This document shows, piece by piece, positions 60,401 through 64,000 of a stretch of DNA of 64,000 bases (position 1 is the stretch's first letter; each line of letters opens with the position of its first letter). The stretch spans positions 142,608 through 206,607 of the forward strand of contig NIVC01002080.1 of the NCBI GenBank assembly GCA_002269645.1. The letters are read 5' to 3'. The stretch comes from Macrostomum lignano (Eukaryota). The notes beneath the pieces were generated by a model. It ran no database searches. It had not been told where the DNA came from and saw only the letters and a program-made list of their open reading frames with translations. The position numbers and the translations under genes were made by a program.

Positions 60401-60718
60401 TTATACCTTTGTCTCTTGCAATCTTTTGCAATTCAGCTGGTGGGCTCTATCATTCCCAGCTTTAACAGCAGTTGCTACACCTCCAGCTACACCACCTGCG
60501 GCACTTACAGCGCCTGCAATGATCGGAATAAGAGCTGCTAATGGTAGGATTCCTCCTGACTTTTCATCTGTGATGCTGTGTCTTTGCTCATTACACTGAA
60601 CTATTTGCTGCACGGGATCGATTTTTACTTTGGCACCTTTAATTGATATAAGACCTGGTTTCTTTGATTCAATGATTTTATTGAGTTTATTGATGGTTCT
60701 GGTTTCAATCTTTGTCAT
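60401..60718 (-). CDS. Adenovirus pX-like core protein precursor (C-terminus probably frameshifted)
   Basis: SGG-ILPLAALIPIIAGAVSAAGG resembles adenoviral pX GG-FLPALIPIIAAAIGA, preceded by a basic region. Confidence 0.75.
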   Translation of the reverse strand: MTKIETRTINKLNKIIESKKPGLISIKGAKVKIDPVQQIVQCNEQRHSITDEKSGGILPLAALIPIIAGAVSAAGGVAGGVATAVKAGNDRAHQLNCKRLQETKV

Positions 60719-60967
60719 TTTTTATTTTAATATTTTAATTAATTTCCGTGTCAGCTGGTATCACTAGGAGTTCAGCTCTAGTGAATGACCGCGTGGGGGA
60801 TTTAGGGTTAAAGGCCTGAGATAAAAAGTAATAGTCTCCAGAGTCGGAGGTAAAATGTCTGTCTATTTTATGTACATCAAGGCTGAAGTATGGATCTGTA
60901 GCTCTTCTTTTGGTGTCTTTCTCTAGCTCTCCAGGTAGATATAAAAAGCGTAGAAACTCAGAGTTTG

Positions 60968-61765
60968 TCAGTATGTATGGTGATTCAACTCCTGGAAGCT
61001 TAGGGTAGTTCGAGGTGTGTTTTGTGTTGTGGTGTTGTGTGGGGTTGTCGTGTTGTTGTCTGTTCTATGAGATGACTTAAGTTCGACAGTGTCTTGTTTA
61101 ATTGCATGGGATGGTTTCAATCCAGTCATGCGCGTGACTTCATTGTTCAGTTGCTCTATAACAGTGGGGAGCCGGTCTGTCCACTTGGTATAGTACTGAC
61201 CACTTTTTAGTTTCAGCTCTTCAGCTGTCTGCTTAGTGAATAGCCTCTTGGCTAGAGTTAGATTGAATCTTTCCACAAAAGCCTGGTCTCTGTGCAAGTT
61301 TGTTCTGCCATAGCGAATCTCTGTGTTTTTCTTTTCCATAAGGGATTTCACTGCACCCATGAATTCTTTACCGGGTCGGTCATAAAGATTTGGGGTATGT
61401 GAGCGGAGAGTTTTTATAAATATCTTGAGGGCGGCTGCAACTGCTCTTGACTTCTTCGTCTTGAGTGGGCGAGCTTCCTTATATCTGGAAGCAATGTCTA
61501 TAATTGTAAGAGCATACTTGTAGCCTGAGTCATTGGGGAGAAACAGAAGATCTGCTTGGTGCGCCTCATTAGGTTTATAAATACTGAAATGGGGCCTTTC
61601 AAATTTTACTGGTGGGAAATAGACTTGGTAGACTGCTGCTTAGAGAGCCACTTTTCTACTTAGCTTTTGGTTCCTTACTAGTTCTGTGAGTTTGGTGACT
61701 GCATTTTTTCCTACAAAGAATCCTTTGTCGCTGTAGTAGAGTTTTTTAAGTTTCTGATCTGTCAT
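60968..61765 (-). CDS. int: Retroviral-type (rve, DDE) integrase, frameshifted
   Basis: Reconstructed HQADLLFL..YKYALTIIDIASRY (D), TDPGKEF (D), QAFVERFNLTL (E); N-terminal KKLYYSDKG. Confidence 0.92.
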
Positions 61766-61795
61766 TTATTTAAAAAGAAAATTTTAAATAAAATA

Positions 61796-62188
61796 ATGCA
61801 GCGCTCTGGTGGTAATAGATTCACATGGACTGATAGAAAAGCTTCCTCATCCAAACAAAGGCTGGACACTTCCGGTAAAATATTGTGGGCCTTTGAATCC
61901 ACTTGAAATACAGTTAGATAAAAACAATAATCCAAATCCTGGGCATGAGCCTGTGAACGAGCTAGACTCTGTCTGCATGTGGCACGATGTTAAATATAGA
62001 GATTTTCCTGAGGAGAAGAATCGCTGGGACAAAGAAATGCTTAGAGACTAGACAATATAGGGGCTTCAAGCGGGTGGAAGGAATCGATCGCTCGGAAGCT
62101 AGTTAAAGCTGTTATTTTTGGTAAGACAAAACTGGGGTTGGGGGTCGGCGGCTGTTTGAAAGAGCTTTGTGTTGCACGCGCCAAGTAA
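61796..62188 (+). CDS. Parvovirus VP1u-type phospholipase A2, frameshifted at both ends
   Basis: KYCGPLNPL (Ca loop), EPVNELD..C.WHDVKY (HD dyad); the frame continues after one missing C as LDNIG...KTKLGLG. Confidence 0.88.
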
Positions 62189-62655
62189 AAATTAGGAATA
62201 CTGCTGAAAGAGCTGGGGGTTGAGAGAGCAGAATGATTCAAGCAAGAAAATTCAAGAGAAACTTTTTAAGAAAATAACAGCAAAAGAAAAATAAATGGAT
62301 GACATGATATACTTTTGAGCAGCAGTTAGTTTCCCAAATTTGGTACTCACACAGGCTGCCACTCGAAGGCCGCTGCTACAGCCCGCGCATCTTTAAAGAA
62401 GAAAAAAGTAATTTGATATTAGCAATCTCCTTACTTTCTTTTTCCTTTTAAAGATGGAAAAAAATTAACTTGTCTGAAACAAGAAAGAGAAGATTTAGAG
62501 AAGAAGAGAAGAAGAAGAGAAGAAGAGAGAGAAGAGAGGAGGAGAAGAAGAAGAAGAAGAAGATTTAGAGAAGATGAGAATTATCTTCTTATTATTAAGA
62601 AGATAAAGAAAAGAAAAGTTATATTTATTTACCATTTTTACTATTTTTATTTACT

Positions 62656-63230
62656 ATTCTTTTTTTATTTGAATAACACCCATGCTCCAATAGGTTTTAT
62701 ATTTATTTGAACACATTAACATGTCTTCAATATCATTTTTTAAGGTGTAAAGTTCCTCAAATGTTATATTTAGCTTAAAAAACGAGGATAATCATGTAAT
62801 GTTTTACTAAGAGACAACATTTTTCTAATAGTGCTTTTAGAATATGTTATCTCATGTCGTTGCAAAAACTCCAACCTGATCATCACAACTTTTACATTTA
62901 ACAGTTTCTTCAGGATGTTCTATTCTATGTTTCGCTGCGTTGTGGTTAAGCCATACACCACAGATGTATGTGGCAATGAGCATACGATTATTACATCTTT
63001 TTAAACTTGTGACTGCCGTCTGTAGTTGTTCTTCTACAGATAACGGCATATTCGTATCAACAATAGAATAGGGGTGATTAAATTCATCGACCCCTTCAAA
63101 TTCAAATACTTTTGCGCAAAGATATTGATGAAGCGTCTCACCAGTTGGCCGTAGTTTTTGCTTCTTTACTTTTACTTTCTTTCTGCTGGTTGATCTTGAT
63201 CCTCATCTACATCCATGCGCTCTTCATTTA
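62656..63230 (-). pseudogene. Probable frameshifted accessory ORF (includes 62852-63049)
   Basis: Frames join into MDVDEDQ..KLRPTGETLHQYLC..MPLSVEEQL..CKSC..ITYSKSTIRKCC..YKTYW. Confidence 0.4.
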
Positions 63231-63829
63231 ATTTTTTTGATCGATCTTCTTAAATTGCCACAACTAGGTACTAAGGGGCAATCTAATGTAACTTTTAAAT
63301 GAATTAAATCATCTTCAGATAAGAGTAGTTCGTTTTATTGTTATCTTTTGCTAACTGATTTAGCTGTAAAATTTTAGAGAAGAGAGATAGATCTGGTGTG
63401 ACAGACAAGTCAGACATTTTTAACCGAGTAACTCTTCAAAAGTAGTTGTATAAATAAGCTTTCTTCCTTACCGACAGACTTTGGGGGGGAGGAGGTGTCC
63501 GCCTGATAGCGGCGAGACGACTTGGCTTTGGGATAAGGGGAGAGAATTGAGTAGACTGAGAAGAGCTGTGGACGAGGGACAATGGAGGATCGGGGGTATG
63601 GTTTTGGTTGGCCATACGTATGCCATACGTAGCATACCCATACGTGCTGCGGGATTGACTGTAGGTAGAGAAGTGGAAAGAGAGAGAATTGCTATGTAGA
63701 ATAAATGCTCACGGTGAGGAGAAGCTTGTGTATAGGAAGAGAGTTCTCTCTGTATACGGGGCCTGCGTACTCTGAGTTAGTAGAGGGCATAAGCTTTTGC
63801 ATGGGGGAAGAGATATTTGCTCTGTACAT

Positions 63830-63945
63830 GTTCGGCGGCGGAACATTTGTTGGGCTGAGGAACAAATGTTCGGCTGAGGAACATTTGTTCGGCTGAGGAA
63901 CATTTGTTCGGCGACAGAACATTTGTTCGGCTGAGGAACATTTTA
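63830..63945. repeat. 19-bp tandem repeat (GAGGAACATTTGTTCGGCT)n
   Basis: About 6 units with a palindromic GAAC..GTTC core. Confidence 0.9.
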
Positions 63946-64000
63946 GCTGGCTCTGTAGCTGGTGCCCTAGAGGGTAGTTTTACATTTTCCCTTAGATAAA

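Larger units (their letters stand above)
49200..63300. mobile_element. Endogenous Polinton/Maverick (adintovirus-like) element, ~14 kb, termini not defined
   Basis: Intronless, AT-rich, gene-dense block with pPolB, rve integrase, packaging ATPase, adenain protease, two capsid proteins, PLA2 and a pX-like gene. Confidence 0.95.

Noticed and set aside
50547-60599. Antisense ORFs over the capsid, pPolB and pX genes (50547, 50955, 52340, 54502, 57685, 60210, etc.)
   Set aside because: Shadow frames of real genes, with no motifs and without the A-run start context.
60770-60800. Small hairpin TCACTAG..CTAGTGA between the pX-like and integrase genes (ribozyme or terminator?)
   Set aside because: The stem is only 6-9 bp and has no hammerhead or HDV core motifs.
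63481-63922. Short ORFs at the window end
   Set aside because: Non-ATG or repeat-derived, with no recognisable motifs.
48660-64000. Terminal inverted repeats and target-site duplication of the Polinton
   Set aside because: No convincing inverted match was found by eye between the two flanks.

Overview
Eukaryotic (metazoan) genomic DNA. GC-rich exons, TTAGGG-like repeats and introns packed with minisatellites resemble a free-living flatworm such as Macrostomum; this host assignment is inference. The first ~48.7 kb hold five + strand host genes that I could splice by hand with consistent phases: an 8-exon NFAT5/TonEBP-like Rel-domain factor, a divergent class B1 (secretin-type) GPCR, a 4-exon SLC17/VGLUT-like transporter, a neuropeptide precursor, and a TSP1/EGF type-I membrane protein. 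This part also carries a decayed mariner, two tRNA-headed SINE families (one CORE-like), a 23-nt 28S rRNA fragment and about 25 different tandem arrays. From ~49.2 kb to ~63.3 kb lies an endogenous Polinton/Maverick (adintovirus-like) element. It encodes minor and major capsid proteins, a packaging ATPase, an adenain-type protease, a protein-primed PolB with vOTU-like and EndoVII-like inserts, a retroviral-type integrase, a parvovirus-type PLA2 and an adenovirus pX-like core protein. Most non-capsid genes are broken by single-base indels in homopolymer runs. The most novel-looking item is a reconstructed two-TM protein with tandem PSAP and LYPx late-domain motifs, resembling orbivirus NS3, which suggests an ESCRT-based exit module. 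No terminal inverted repeats were found. Most long ORFs in the supplied track are tandem-repeat artefacts.
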